Source: Eledone cirrhosa
Lineage: Eukaryota
Length of the DNA stretch: 64,000 nt
Direction of reading: 5' to 3'
Assembly: GCA_964016885.1 (NCBI GenBank)
Contig: OZ024742.1
Location: 95,294,001-95,358,000, forward strand
The position numbers were made by a program, and so were the translations under genes. Below the pieces are notes generated by a model that saw nothing but the letters and a program-made list of their open reading frames with translations, was not told where the DNA came from and did no database searches. Of this stretch, positions 11,960 through 26,314 are shown piece after piece; the stretch's first letter is position 1; each line of letters opens with the position of its first letter.

Positions 11960-14900
11960 GTGAACTACAGCAGCGACGGCGTGCAGCCAGCAATGAAGAA
12001 AAACGGCCCGAACAGCACCATCGGAACGCCGAAATTTCAGAGGCGAAGACGTGCCACCATGAATGAAGAGGAGCTGGCTGAACAACGCCAACGAAACACT
12101 GGAGCCAAGCAGCGACGACGTGCTGCGATGGTTGAAGACGAACTAGCTGAGCATCATCAGCAGATGGCCAGACTTCAACAGCAACGGCGTGCTGCGATGG
12201 ATGAAGAGGAGCTGGCTGAACAGCGCCAGCGCAATACAGAAGTTCAGAGAATGTGTCGCCAAAGTGCTCCTCATTCCAGTAAAGATGCTAGAAGGCGAAC
12301 GAATGATATCAAAAATGGATCTTGGCAACCGTGTCATTTTCAGATTGGTGGAGGAGCAGAGTGTCCACATTGTGGGGTATTGCTTTGGAGGTACGAAAAG
12401 ACGTGAACCACAATGTGCTGTCATAAAGGAGCAGTTCAACTAGAACCCTTGCGAATGCCGGATGATGAGGAGTCACCGGAGTTTAAAATACTAAGTATGT
12501 GGGGTGATGAAGGAGACCGAGGTAGATTACTGAGCAAATATTCGCGGCAAATTAACAATTCATTAGCTTGGGCATCGCAGAGAGTTAGTGAAATGTTTGA
12601 GAGTGGAGCATGGCAACCGAATGTAATCATTCAAGGCCGTTTGTATCATTGTATCGGTAATTTAGAAGTTACCCCAGGAGAGAGGCCTCGATTCGCTCAA
12701 ATGTACGTTAACGATCCAGATTATAGTGAATCGGGGGAGGATATCAGGATCGGTTGGATGAAGTTGCCGGGAAATATAACCTAACTTGAACGGCAAAGGT
12801 TAAGTGATTTGATCCGTGATTTGCAATCATGGCTTAGACAGTGTAATCCTTATGTTAAGGATTTCATGTTGGTGGCTGAACTGAAAAATGTTCAGCAGCA
12901 AACATTGGTGATTAAGGCTGACGCACATGCCAAGGAATCAACACGAACGGCGATATAATGCCCCTGAAGGATTTCGTGAAGTTGCTGTGTTGATGAACGA
13001 TAAGCCTGGATCGAGAGCTATCGTCCTCAATCGCAGAGATGGTGGTCTCAAGTCTATCAATGAGTCAAATAGGGCATACGATCCATTGCATTATGTTCTT
13101 TTATTCCCAAAAGGTGAAAATGTATGAAACATGTCTGTTCATTTAGATGATCATGAGAATCAACATCAACAAGGAGGTGGTAATAGACACAATAATTCGA
13201 TTTGCGACTTTTACGCGTTCCATTTGAACGAGAGGAATCAACAGAGAAATGCACTATTTCAAGCCAGCAGATTGTTCCAGGAATACTGTTGTATGGCATT
13301 CGCAAAGATCGAAAATCAAAGGCTAAATTATATAGCTACATATCAGCGACATATCAGAGCTGAATTGTATAATAATATACAGGATGCGATAACAGCCGAT
13401 GATGCCAATTACAAGCAAATTGGTCGACGCATCATTTTGCCATCGTCGTTCATCGGCGGCCCGAGATATATGAAGATTCGCTATCAGGATGCAATGGCTA
13501 TTGTCAGAAAGTTTGGAAAGCCAGATTTGTTTATAACGGTTACAAGCAATCCTGAATGGACTGATATTAAGGATGCAATTTTGCCAGGACAACAGCCAAC
13601 GAACCGTCCTGATATTGTGGCAAGAGTATTCAAAGGATATCTGAAAAAGATAATGGATGATGTGGAAAAAGAGGGAATCTTTGGAGGTATAGTTGCTTTT
13701 ACATACGTAATTGAATTCCAAAAAAAGAGGATTGCCACATGCACATTTGCTGATCATTTTACATAGAGATTGCAAATTGAGATGTGTTGAGGATGTCGAC
13801 AGCATTGTGTGTGCTGAATTGCCGGAGAATGAGGCACTACGCAACTTGATCGCAAAGTTAATAGTGCACAACCAATGCGGAGTGGCAAATCGGAAAGCGC
13901 TTTGCATGAAAAATGGAAAATGCAGTAAGCACTTTCCGAAATCTTTTGTCACGAACACTTCCTGGAACGATAGGGCTGCTCATCCCTCAAAGAGAAGACG
14001 GTCGCCTGCAGATGGTGGTTTGGTCGAAAATGTAAACGGTCGACAGGTTACAAATCAATGGGTTGTGCCATGCAATCCATATTTGATTATGAAATATCGT
14101 TGTCATATTAATGTGGAAATTTGTAGCTCAGTGTAAGCTTGCAAATATCTATTCAAATATGTTTACAAAGGTCATGATCGAGCAATGATCAATGTCAGGA
14201 ATTAGGAAGCGAACCAAGGAGATGAAGTTGGCAGGTTCCAGGATGTTCGCTCGATTGGATCTAGCGAAGCTTGCTGGAGATTGTTCGATTTTGATCTCAA
14301 TGAACGCAAACCCAGTGTTCAGAAACTGACGGTTCACTTAGAGAAAAGGCAAATGGTCTGTTTTCAGGACACTAGAAGAGGTATCGAAAGAATTGCTAAC
14401 GCACCACTTCCTAAGACGGAATTGACTGCGTGGTTCAAGCATAATAGGGAACATGCTTTGAACCCGGTTCAAAGGCAACTCTACTGCGATTTTCCTTCGC
14501 ACTATACGTGGGATAAGAAGGGAAAGAAATGGAATGATAGAAAACAAAAGTTGAGATTCATGACTATTGGACGGGTTTGTAATGTCCATCCAGCATCTGG
14601 TGATGTGTTTTATCTCCGAATTCTGTTGCATAATGATTTTTCGAGAGGTAAACAGAGCTTCGCTGATTTGAAAACAATTAATGGCGTGGAATATGAAACA
14701 TACCAGGCTGTGTGTAGGGCATCTGGGACTCCTTCAGGATGACGCTGAATGTAATAACGTCATGGAAGCTGCAGGAACAACACAGATGCCAGCTCAAATA
14801 AGGCAGTTGTTTGTCACGATTCTAGGATTCTGCAATCCTGCCGATCCAAGAGAGTTATTTGAACGCCATTGGGGAATTATGGCTGATGATTTTAGGCATC

Positions 14901-16470
14901 ATCTTCAGGTCGATGATGACAATTTGATGAAAGCTATTGTTTTGCTCAATATTGAGCAACTGCTTGAAGTTCATTTCAAATGTAACAGATTTCAATTTGC
15001 CAATTCCTGATGAAGAAATGCGGCAACGTGTCTTAGCATTGAACATGTGATTGCAGCTTAGACGGTTGCCACTCGATCGGAGGGAACTATTCCAGTTTGA
15101 TCCACTGAAACAGCAACTTATTGTGGATGAACCTATGCCAATGTTGACCCAATCTCAGAGAGAATTGGTCAATGGCGTTCCCCACTCGATTTCCACTAAT
15201 GAGCAACTTTTTGCTTTCATAGATGCTCCAGGAGGCACGGGAAAGACATTCTGTTTCAACACTATGTTATCGGCAGTCAGAGCTCAGAGGAAGATTGCAC
15301 TCCCTGTGGCCACCAGTGGGATCGCTGCCACTTTCCTGAGTGGTGGAAGGACCTTCCACTCATGCTTCAAGGCTCCATTGGCTCCGGATGAGATGAGTGT
15401 CTGTAACATTACAGAACAAAGTTAACTCACGGGCCTTATACGCAATAGGTCTCTGATTATTTGGAACGAGGCTCCAATGGCACACAGATATTTGCTGGAG
15501 ACATTGAACAGAACTTTGAGAGATATCTGCGGCAGTGACCTGCCATTCGATGGTAAGACTATCATTCTTGGTGGCGATATCAGATAGGTGCTACCAATTG
15601 TTAGGAATGCTCAAAGACCACAAATAGTCGATGTTGCGGCGTCATTTCAGAGTTTTGCGATTACACGATAATATGCGACTTCGTATGTTTGTCAAAACGA
15701 AGAAGCTGAGACATACGGCCGATGGTTGATGTAGTTGGGAAACCATGAATTGCCACACGTTGGTGATAATCAGACTGTAAGAATCCCAGACCATTTGGTC
15801 ATGCCACTGGATCGCCAAGCATTGATTGGCTGGGTGTTCCCTAATTTGAATGCTTTTTGGCAGAATATCTCATACGAATGCAACGGTTGATGAAATAAAT
15901 TCACAAGTAGCCGGAATGTTTCCTGGAGAGGAATGGTTGACCGTCAGTGCAGATGCAATGGAGCCTAATCAGCAGAACAATATGGATGTTCCGACTGAGT
16001 ATCTGAATTCACTTCAAATACCCCGATTTCACCCCACATATTTTGAGGTTGAAAAAGGGTATGCCGATTATATTGCTTAGAAATATCAATCATAAAATGG
16101 GTCTTTGCAATGGTACCAGATTGATTGTTCAGAGATTGATTAACGGAAGAGTTTTAGAAGCTAAACTCCCAGGCAGAGAGGAATTGGTTCTCATTCCGAT
16201 GATCATGCTGAGACCAAGTGAAGATCTGCTGCCATTCATTTGGCAAAGGAGACAGTTTCCCGTCAATTTGGTCTTCTCCATGACTGTCAACAAGGCACAG
16301 GGACAGACTTTCAAGCGAGTCGGTGTCTACTTGAATGATCCAGCATTCAGCCATGGGCAACTGTATGTTGCTGCATCTTGAGTGTGCGATCCTGATGGTA
16401 TAAAATGTTCAATTGATACCACTAACAGAGGAACAACCCTGAATATTGTCTATAATGAAGCTTTGAGCTG
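11960..16470 (+). pseudogene. Helitron RepHel transposase (HUH/Y2 Rep plus Pif1-like SF1 helicase), with multiple frameshifts and stops
   Basis: Zn motif CPHC..CC; Rep motifs FITVTSNPEW, VIEFQK-RGLPHAHLL, KYLFKYVYKG; helicase motifs FIDAPGGTGKTF, ATSGIAA, GRTFHS, GLCNGTRL, FSMTVNKAQGQT, FSHGQLYVA. Confidence 0.95.
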
Positions 16471-16501
16471 ATGTATGCATATCTTTAATGCTATCAATAA
16501 G

Positions 16502-16768
16502 CAACGTAAATGATTCGGACATTGGTGTCCTTTGATCAGTATTGTGAGCTTTAACAGAGTTATCATTTCTGTTCTATGTTGCGCAATAAATACCAACAGT
16601 ATTGGTAGAAATTGCCTTCACTGCTATGAATATTCAACGTAAATGATTAAGACATTGGTTTCCTTTGATCAGTATTGTGAGCTTTAACAGAGTTATTATT
16701 TCTGTTCAATGTCATTTATTGTCGATATTGAGCAATAAAAACCAAGTATTGGTAGAAATTGCCTTCAA
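16502..16768 (+). repeat. ~133-bp tandem duplication in the Helitron 3' region
   Basis: caacgtaaatgatt..gacattgg..tcctttgatcagtattgtgagctttaacagagtt...gtattggtagaaattgccttca is present twice. Confidence 0.8.
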
Positions 16769-17154
16769 ATTTATCGCTTCTGATAGCGGTGGTAATAAAA
16801 CCTCATCATATGCTGAGTCGGGCAAAAAGTTTGGTGCCTATGGCCGGCCAGCGCTAGAGTAATATTGAAAAACGATTCTATTTTTGAAGTAGAAGGATAC
16901 ACCATTTGGAGTTCAAACAGGCCACCTCCCCGAGTTGAACTCTTGGCAATATTGACTGTCTATTACTCAGTGACTAAGAGCCTGGAAATTACTGAATCAA
17001 TTTTTGTGTCATATAATTTGTTGTTTTATTATTATAGCTGACCACTTATAGATAAGCATGCTATCCATATCCATATTAATTTGGCATTTGTATAAACCAT
17101 TTCAAGTAAATAGGGACCTTTTTTTACACTGATGGACATCTTTTATATTAATTA

Positions 17155-17512
17155 TCTATATCTATATCTACATATAATATAAAAGATTGGAACTTCCATC
17201 ATCCTTTAGAGAAACGTGGAACAACCACGTCTATGCAATGATACATGTTTTACAGTCAGGCAGAAGATGAACCATCTCCTAGAAGTCTCTATTCTAGGTG
17301 AGAGCACCTATAATTGTTCATATACTATGCACAAACGGTACCACAAAGAATCTGGTATATCTGGAAGATCTTTTTTACTGTTTTTGGTATCACACAGACA
17401 CCACGGACTCATCTCAAACTGTAACCAGACAAACATCCAATACAGTCATTTTCTCTTTTACCTATCTTCTCTTATCATCCGTTTACCCGGGCAAAGCGGG
17501 TACGTCAGTTAG
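17155..17512 (+). mobile_element. Short internally deleted Helitron of a second family, supplying the 3' terminus
   Basis: Own A|TCTATATCTATATC start; helicase C-terminal relics RNVEQPRLCNDT and NGTTKNLVYLEDL differ from the upstream RepHel; ends in hairpin plus TTAG. Confidence 0.6.
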
Positions 17513-18829
17513 TATTACTAAATGCCTAAAATTTGTTGTTGATTTTCAAAATCATAATTAGTGATTTTTATTAGAAATATGGTAACAAAAGGGCTTAAAA
17601 TTGGTGGTTTTGTTTCATAGTACCAGAGCCTTTTTTATTGTGTTGGTATCAAAAGGGTTAATTATAAAAAGTCTTTATTGACTTGGCAAAAGTGACTGCC
17701 AACATAATAATGTAAATTTTGCTTTTCATTTTAAGATGGAAAATGGCTGCTCTAAATAATATAAAAATGAATTAAAATATCTCCAAATAAACATATGCAG
17801 CAATGAATAACTTATAGAATGTGCATCAAATGTATGGTAAGAATGGAGCAATAAATTTTAAAACAATAAGATAGGCACAGGCATTACTGGTTTGATAAGG
17901 TGTTCACTTTGCAGCCATGTGATTTTAGGTTAAGCTCTACTATATGGTCTCTTTGATAAAAGTTTTTTTTACTTTTACCTCGGGTTGATCAAAAGTGAGT
18001 GAAATCTGGTAGACAGAAAGTGTGTGGAAGTCCATAATATGTATATATATGTGCCCTCATCATCATCATTTTACATTTACTTTCTTTGCATGCATCGGTT
18101 AGATGGGTTGTCAGAGTCAAAACCATTATCATTTTGCACACACTTTTTTTTATCACAATTATCTTGATTCTCTTTTTTTAACTGTCTTGCAATATGGAAC
18201 TCAACCTGTCTCTGATCCTCATACTATAGAACATTGATAAACCTCTTACTTCCTGCTTCTCCTAATGCTAAATAAACATAATGTCTAGCCTTTCTTCTAG
18301 TTACTATGCATAGTTCTTAACTTCCCAAATTTCTAAGCCTGTTTCTTAGCTTTTATGATCTTATCTACACTACTGTTTAACTGGGACTATCTACAGCACC
18401 TGTCTTTGTCACCCTGTAGGCTGTCTTGTAGGAGTTTCCGGTTGTACTCTATATTATACTTATCTAATTCCTCATCATACTTGATAACCACATTCTCCAA
18501 TGTCTCTAAACTTCTGTCTGTTTGTTGGCTCTTTAAGCTTTTATATCTTTCGTCAGCAGATTAAGAAAGGATTCTGTTAATATAGCCAATACTCTAAAGT
18601 GACTAATCTCTAATCTGTGTTGGATTGTGATTTATTCCCCAGAGAAAGTTTTAGCATTGATGACAGTTTGAGACTGTACATTAGTGAGATGACAGATTCC
18701 TGGATTGTCTGAGAGATCAGTAGCCACTGCTTCAGTACTGGCTTGGTCTATGTAAACCTATCCAACCCTTACTAGAAGGGAAAGCAGACATTAAAATGAT
18801 GATAATGATTTGTAATGAGTAAACGTTAA

Positions 18830-19015
18830 TCTTGCTTGTGCGTTTGCTTGATTGGTAGTTGACCATCTGGCTGGGTAGTTTCTTGAAGTTTGTGTTAGAG
18901 ATTGCCAAGTCATTTGTATCACAGAACTCTAAGAGCCTTGATACTTCTTCATTTCTCTCACCAAGTTCATATCCCTTATGCATATCATGAAATCTATCCA
19001 GGTGTTGCCCAATAT
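18830..19015 (-). pseudogene. RTE APE endonuclease fragment
   Basis: HIGQH..HKGYELGERNEEVSRLLEFCDTNDLAISNTNFKK matches HVGQH..HGGYGFGIRNEEGSRILEFCDTNNLTICNTNLKK at 59.6 kb. Confidence 0.8.
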
Positions 19016-22000
19016 GTTCCAACATATATGTGTGTGTGTGAGCGTGTATCTGTTTTTGTTTATGTTGCATGGCCACTGTCAAATGACTGAAACTGGTAAA
19101 AACTTAAAAGAATAAAAAATATAGAAGTATTCAGAGTTAATTAAAACTTGTAAACGTACTTGATGAAAACTGAAAAATAAATAGCGTTGTTGCCACACCC
19201 ATTGTTCCATGTTTGCATAGGTTGGACAAACTCTGGACTTAGCCTGGTTTCATGGGCATTAAGTAAATTAGAATATCAGACATCCCTCTGGATAAAATGA
19301 CAGACTATCGCAGAGCTAACCCCAGATCTCAGTGATTTCTTTTTCTGTGGAGTAGAGTAGAGTAACCTGAAATAAGAGTCTTGTTCAAGGACACAATACA
19401 TCACCTGATCTGGGAATCAAAACCAACATGGTTATAATTGTAAACTCAACACTCTGACCACTAAGCCATGTGTGAAAAGTTAATTGAACAACATAAATTA
19501 GAGAATTGGAACACTGACTTTTTTTATCTTTTATAAAAATATACCTTTTATTTTAAATGAAATATCACATATATTTTATGAATGTAATCAGCTCATTAAA
19601 CAACTTATTTTTGGATGTAGTTCGTAAGATTTAGAAATAAAAATATTTTTCCCTGTACCAATATTTCAATTCTTAAGTTTGATAAGATATTGATGCTTGA
19701 AATGTTATCAACTTGGCCAAATGTGGCTATTGAAGTTGATTTTATTTAGTAAAAGAGGAGTTATTTTTTATAAATGGATAATCTTATTACTTAATTTTTT
19801 TTCTATTAATATTTCATGGAAGTTTAAAATTTGGTTTCTGAATTGTAATACATAGAAATGAAATTTAAATTATAAATATGGATATATACTAAGAAACTTT
19901 TCCAAAAATATGTATTGAATCCAAAAATCAAAAGCTGCAAGTATGTCCACCAAACCTCTATACCAATGTTTGGGAACCTCAATGGGCTCTTAGGGACTCT
20001 GTATTTTTCTATCTAAGTTTGTCTTTAATTTATGTATTATTAATCTTACATTAAATCATAGGTCATGATTTATGACTCAGATGCTGAAGCAATTTCAGAT
20101 TAAGATTCAAAAACCCAAAATCACATTGAGTAAGAAAAAATGTTTAAAAACCCATGTTTTCCTGTGTCGATATTTGTTTGTAATAAACTATGTTATTTGA
20201 ATAGTCCCAATTATTATATTATATTTTATTTAGCTAAAATTGCTTCTTCTGATTGAAAAGGTTCCTGACATACAATAGAACATTTCAGGTAAATTAGGTC
20301 TAAACTTGTATACATTATCCTTATTTTAAGTCTGCTTTCCATACTAATATGGGTTGGAGAGTGATTTCCTATTTAGAGTTACCTCCCCAACACCCCCACC
20401 ACCACCATTTTTAGTGAGCACTAACAACATCATTTTATATCTACTTTCTATGCTGGCATGGGTTGGATGGGTTATCACTCTCTGAGTGTGTTCTTATTCT
20501 GACTTACTGCTCTTCTAGTGAGCAATCTATCATCATCACCATCACTATTGTTATCATTGTCAATTTACATCTGCCTTCCATACAGGCGTGGGTTCGATTG
20601 GTCATTGCTGTCTAAATCAGCACTTATTCTGAGTTACTGCTCTTCTAGTAAGCACACAATCAATCATCACCATCATCGACATTTTACCTCTACTTTCATC
20701 TTTCTACCTGTTTCACTGTTATTCCAGCAGGGAATATAAAATTTCACCTGGAAGAGTTGTACACAAGTAAAAACTGAGCATTCTTTGTGCAGCGAATAAT
20801 GGATTTGCCCACAAGGTGGTAGAAAATACTGGAATGAAAAAGAAATTATATAATTAATTCAATAAATCCTTTTTCTTTTTGTTTAAATCTTGTCTCTTAT
20901 TTCTGCTTAAAAAAACGGTACAGACGTTTTGTCCAACCCAATATATGTGTGTGCTTGTCCTATAACATAGTGGGTCAACATAAAGAGATTGATAACATAA
21001 TTACCAGACTAAAATAAGTATATAAGATGGTTGGTATGATTGTGTAAATCCCTTTAATGTGGAACCCAGCATGACCAGTGTCTAATGATTGGAACCAGTA
21101 AGAACATATAAAAATAAAGAACCTCTTTTTTCATCCCAATTGCAGCAAATGACTTCAAAGAAACCACAGCAAAGAATTTATGGGACAATATTTGGTAAAG
21201 CTTTCCAAATCCTATAAGAAAATAGAGATAGGGTTATTTAAACATTTATTTTACATCATCATAATCTGATAGAGTGGGCCCACATGTTACATTTGCCAAT
21301 TGTCTTCCCCAACTCCTGCATTATTCAAAAGCTATGCATTTTCAAGACTCTTATATAAGTATATCAATGTTTTGGAGGAAGCATAATGTTAGGTTCTCTG
21401 GAGGTTGAGAAACCCTAGGTAAATAATTATAGCATAGCATGATAGCAGTATGGATTATAGTTTTCTCCTTTACATTAAGTGATACAGTTTCATATGGAAG
21501 AAGGTGTTAAGTGTTTTAAAGCTTTTTAGAATTAAAAAAAAAAATAATTCTGCTGATTATGTTCAAAACAGCCGCAATATTACTGTATATGATTTAGCAA
21601 CACTCCTATCTGCATGTGACACTATATTTCAAATTTGAAAAAAACTTCATCTTCCTCCCCTATTGTTAATAATATCTGACGGTAAGTTTATCCAACTTAT
21701 CAAAATAAGAAGTTTTATGGAAAACTAAAAGTAATTGGAAATAATTGTTTAAACATTATTCAGAAATATGAGAGTTGTACTTATTTGGCAAGTCATTTGA
21801 TCTTAGACTATGTTTTGAAGCAGAAGCAATTACATTTTGGAGTTTCATTGGAACTGCCTGAATGACCAAATTTCTGATGAAAATGTTGACACCAGGAAAT
21901 AAATAATCAATGTAAAATGAATTTAGGTTTATTTTGTTGTTTTGTTTTTGAAAGGCTAAATGACTCTTCATTGAAGAATTTGTATATAGAAATATACATG

Positions 22001-25000
22001 AATTTTATATATGTATTATAAGCTATGCCACACAGAATAATTGAAAGAAAGAAGAAAATATGTTGCAATATCAATTCCCTTTCCAAGAGCTTTCATCAGT
22101 TAGCCTCAAGCCAAAATGAAACCCTTGCCATGAACTTTAATTATAAATGTCTTTTAAGCCCATTTTCTCTGCTGAGACAATGATTTGTTTTGTGAGCCTT
22201 TGACAAGCTTCATTCTCATCAAAGGTTCCTTTTTAATACCTACTCATAGTAATCTTTTAGATCATAGAGGGATGCAGTGTACCTATATAAACATGGTTAC
22301 ACACAGTTAATGAACGTTAAACCTTTTGATACAAAACCTCCAGAAACTGTCTCTGGTTCTATGATACAAAACTTTCCATTATAATTTTTTATATGAATCT
22401 TGTTCGGTTGTATTCCAAATACGTTCTTAATAAGTACAAAGTTAATTGCATGACTAAATCGTTGCAACTTCTTGATTATTTTCAACATTAAATGACAATT
22501 ATATGCTGTCTTTCATTAAAAATATAATAAATCAGTTAATTTTATCTAGGTTTAATTTATCTAATCTGTCAGATAAATAACAATCTTTCTAATCCACAAC
22601 ACTCTAAGTGTACATAAACATAGTTGAATCCTGGCACAATATTGCCATATCTTATACATTTAATACTATACCAGTGGTTCCCAATCTTTTTACTAACAAA
22701 GACCCCTTGCACTTAAATGAATTTGAACTCAGAATGCAAAGTACCAGAACAGATACCCTGAGGTGCTTAATCTAATATTTTAACAATTCTACCAATCAGC
22801 CACCATCAATTGGTACTTAATTTTATTCACTTCAAATGGATGAAAAGCAAAGCTGACTTTGGCAGGATTTTACTCAGAACACAGACAGCCAGAACAAATA
22901 GCACATAATATTTTCTCCAGTGTTATGTTATCACAATAATGAAAACCACAACTTGACTGACTGCTTCCTCTTTGCACCAGTCTCTGTCAAGATCTCTAAC
23001 ATCCTTGGTCCCTGTGCTCCTGATTTCTTCGATAAAGTCATAAAGATGGTGACTCACTTAATGAGGGAACTCCATGAGACTGGAGTATAGTGACTGTCCT
23101 TCCCCTTTCCCTTTCTTTTGCTTTTCGATCCTTCTTTATTTTCCTCCTTTTAATTTTTTGTTTTTTCTGTTTCTTTTAGTAGAATTTCGTTTTTATTAGA
23201 TACTGTTCAATTATTTTTATTTAATATCAATGACCTTTCATAACATTTTGAGAATTTGTATTTCGAAAAATTGTATTGAAAATGAAATAGATTGGAAATA
23301 TAATGAAGAGTGTATTTTACTGTTATAACTTATATAGTATTATATATCTTATATTCTTACCTTCAAGTGTCCTCTCTACTTAGTTCTCTCTGCCACTGTC
23401 ACATTTCCTCACTATTATATATAATGAAGCCAACGACAAAAAATTTACTTAACATGCTAGAAATAGTAGCTAAATTTCCATCAAATCACAAATAGCTATC
23501 TGAAGAAAGAAAGAAAGGTAGATAATGTAGTCCTAGATGCAATATGTTCAAAACTATCTGACATGTTTAGAACTGGAACGCTTTAGATATTCTATCACCT
23601 AATTTAACGGACTCACTTTGCTCTTGGGTATCTTTGGTGGAGTCCACTCTATGGTAAGAAATTGGACCACCACTGACAAAGCTCTGAGGGGTCATAATCA
23701 CTACCATACTCTTCTAACTTATCCATTGAAAAAAAAGAGACCCATATACAGCCTTTCCTCTAGTTCACATATCCATGCTGCAACTGCATCAAATAAATTT
23801 CATGTAGTCATTGCTAACATTCCTATAAACAATAATCTACTACAATAACAACTAAAGTCTAAGACAGAGTTACAATTACAGGGCTCCATGACACATTTAA
23901 GATTCATCATGGTGTCTTTTTTGAAGTAATGTTTTACAGCTTGATGCCTTTCCAGTCTCCAGCACGTTTAGTTCCCTCATACTTCATGCAGGTATATTGT
24001 ATCGATTCTGCACCAGATAGACACAGTAGAAATTACAGGCTACTACATCTTTCAATAGAATTTAGCCTTGTAATTACAATTACATCCATTATACTCATCA
24101 TGGGCTCTTTTTGCAGCAATCTTTTACAGTCAGATGCCTTTCCTGGCATCAGTCGTTTTAGATACCTCTTATAACAATCAGGAATATGGTGCACCTATTC
24201 TAAACCAGATGCAGACAGTGGAAGGAACTACAAGCTACTACATCTACCTCTATTCCAATAATCAGTCTTTATTTATTTATTTGGTAAAAAAGAACATGGC
24301 TGATGCAAAATCTTCCATGTAAGAATTCACTAAAAATTATATTTTCCCCTGCAAAAATCATTACAGATTATTTTGCAGCAACGTATTTAAGTTAGTTCAA
24401 CTCTTGCTACACATTGACAATTCTTATTCTTTGTTGTTTACCATATATCTATCTCTGAGAAATAATATTGATCTCTTACATAGATAATTCTTTAACAATC
24501 TTTGACTTAATTCAGCTTTCATACTCATTTTTTATTTTTAATTCTTGAAGAAGCTAGCAACATTGATTTTTTATGTTTTTAGTCTGTAACAATTTGGAGA
24601 TCAGAGAGATACGTTGTGTGACATGATGGTTAGTTTTCAGTTAAAGCATTAAAGGAATGGCACACAATTAAAAGAGATTCTTTTGAAAACACTCACAGAT
24701 GTGTACATAAGTATATGTATGCGTGTGAATGTGTGTTAATAATTGAGTACGTATTTAAGTTCATGTGTGTGTGTGTGTGTCTATATATATATAAACCTGT
24801 ACATAGTGATAACTATACTGAAAACAAATGTATTTATGTTGGTGTATGTAAGCTTGTGTGCATATTTATGTTTGTGTGTAGGTATATGTGTGCACCCCCT
24901 TCTCTCTCTATATATATGTATTTATATATACACATATGCAAATATAGACGCATTCTCAAATTTGTAAAACACTATATATTGGATATCTATCTTAGATATA

Positions 25001-25331
25001 TTTGTGTAAATGTATATTTATAAGCGTGCTAAGGCATGTGTTGATGAGTATGTATAAGCATAATAAAGTCCTTCCACTCACATTCTCCCTCTCTTCCCTT
25101 CTCCATTTTCTCTGACACACACACATACATGCACTTAAATGTATAATCACTTAGGTATGTACTTGTTATAAATATTTGAATCAATTATTACCATCAAAAC
25201 AAATTCACTGTGATTTATGAAAAATGAATATAAACAGAAAATATAAAATATGTATCAAAAAAGCTATTAATATGTTATAAACAGAACAGAAGCCATTCAA
25301 GTAAATGATAATAATAACAATAATAATAAAT

Positions 25332-26023
25332 AATTTACCACATTATGAGAAGTGGTATGAGCATAAGCCAGAGTCGGTGATAGAAAACGCTCGAGTGAAG
25401 GCGCTATGGGATACAGACAGACAAGAGATTAGAACACAATAGGCCTGACCTGGTGGTTTTTGACAAGGAAAAAAGATTGTGTCTGAGTGTAGATGTAGCC
25501 TGCCCTTTTGACACAAGAGTGCAAGAAAAGGAGGAGAAAATTAACTAATACCAGGATTTAAAGCGGGAATTAAAAAGGATTTGGGACTGCCATGAGATCA
25601 AGGTCATCCCAATTGTCGTAGGGGTACTAGGTACTATCTCAAAGAGTGTTTAAGGATGGTTAATGAACATTTGTCCAGTCTCCTGTTTTGGAACATTTCA
25701 AAAAGTATGCTTGAACCATCTTGCAAGAACCAACTGATACGTCCAAAGTATCTGAGGCTTGATGTTCATTTGAATAAACTTTCCAGTTAAATAATTGTTT
25801 CTACTTTAGGCACAAGGCCAGCAAATACCCAGTGCATTACTGGTACTTTATTTTATCGACCCCGTAAGGATGAAAGGCAAAGTCAACCTCGGCGGGATTT
25901 GAACTCAGATAGTAAAGGGACGTAACTATGCTGGAATGCATGGCGTCTGACCCTCTACCGATACTGCCAATCCACCGCCCTTTCTTTCCAGTTAAATAAT
26001 ATTAATGACTGAGACTCCAAGAA
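25332..26023 (+). mobile_element. 5'-truncated R4/Dong LINE copy (RLE domain and 3' UTR), interrupted by a SINE
   Basis: Closely similar to 36870-37378 (gagaagtggtatgagcataagccagagtcggtgatagaaaacg...tgactgagactc); followed by (AAT)n. Confidence 0.85.
25796..25983 (-). mobile_element. Young SINE with 17-bp TSD
   Basis: TSD ctttccagttaaataat at 25779-25795 and 25984-26000; minus-strand tgagttcaaatcc resembles a B-box; near-identical to 41980-42156. Confidence 0.85.
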
Positions 26024-26072
<49 letters not shown>

Positions 26073-26314
26073 TTTTCTTTATTAACCACAAGGGTTTACA
26101 TAAAGTAGACATTAAGGACAGTACAGGACAATACAGGACGGTACAAACGGGCATTTCTGCGTGTAAAAAACAGAGGATGTAATAAAATAACAAAGAAAAA
26201 TTCCCCAATACGGGGGGAGACTTCCGAGGGACATTTGTGGAGAAAGCCCATTAAAAGACCACAGTGACCCTGACAACCAGGGCAAGTGCCCTCTCCCAGT
26301 TTTCCACCTTTAAT

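Larger units (their letters stand above)
11081..17512 (+). mobile_element. Formerly autonomous Helitron (composite, decayed)
   Basis: A|TC start at 11081; 3' hairpin tacccg-ggcaaag-cgggta (17484-17502) then TTAG|T (degenerate CTAG); no TSD; contains the RepHel gene. Confidence 0.85.

Noticed and set aside
13323-13958. Long antisense ORFs over the Helitron and LINEs (also 29771-30409, 7365-7865, 61145-61594)
   Set aside because: Shadows of coding sequence on the opposite strand, with no motifs of their own.
16841-16858. tggccggcca..CTAG as the Helitron's own 3' end
   Set aside because: The hairpin has essentially no loop, the CTAG is followed by A rather than T, and the host MITE resumes only at 17513. 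Not fully excluded.
19500-24700. Host exons in the AT-rich low-repeat stretch
   Set aside because: Only short ORFs with no recognisable domain; small exons cannot be excluded without RNA data.
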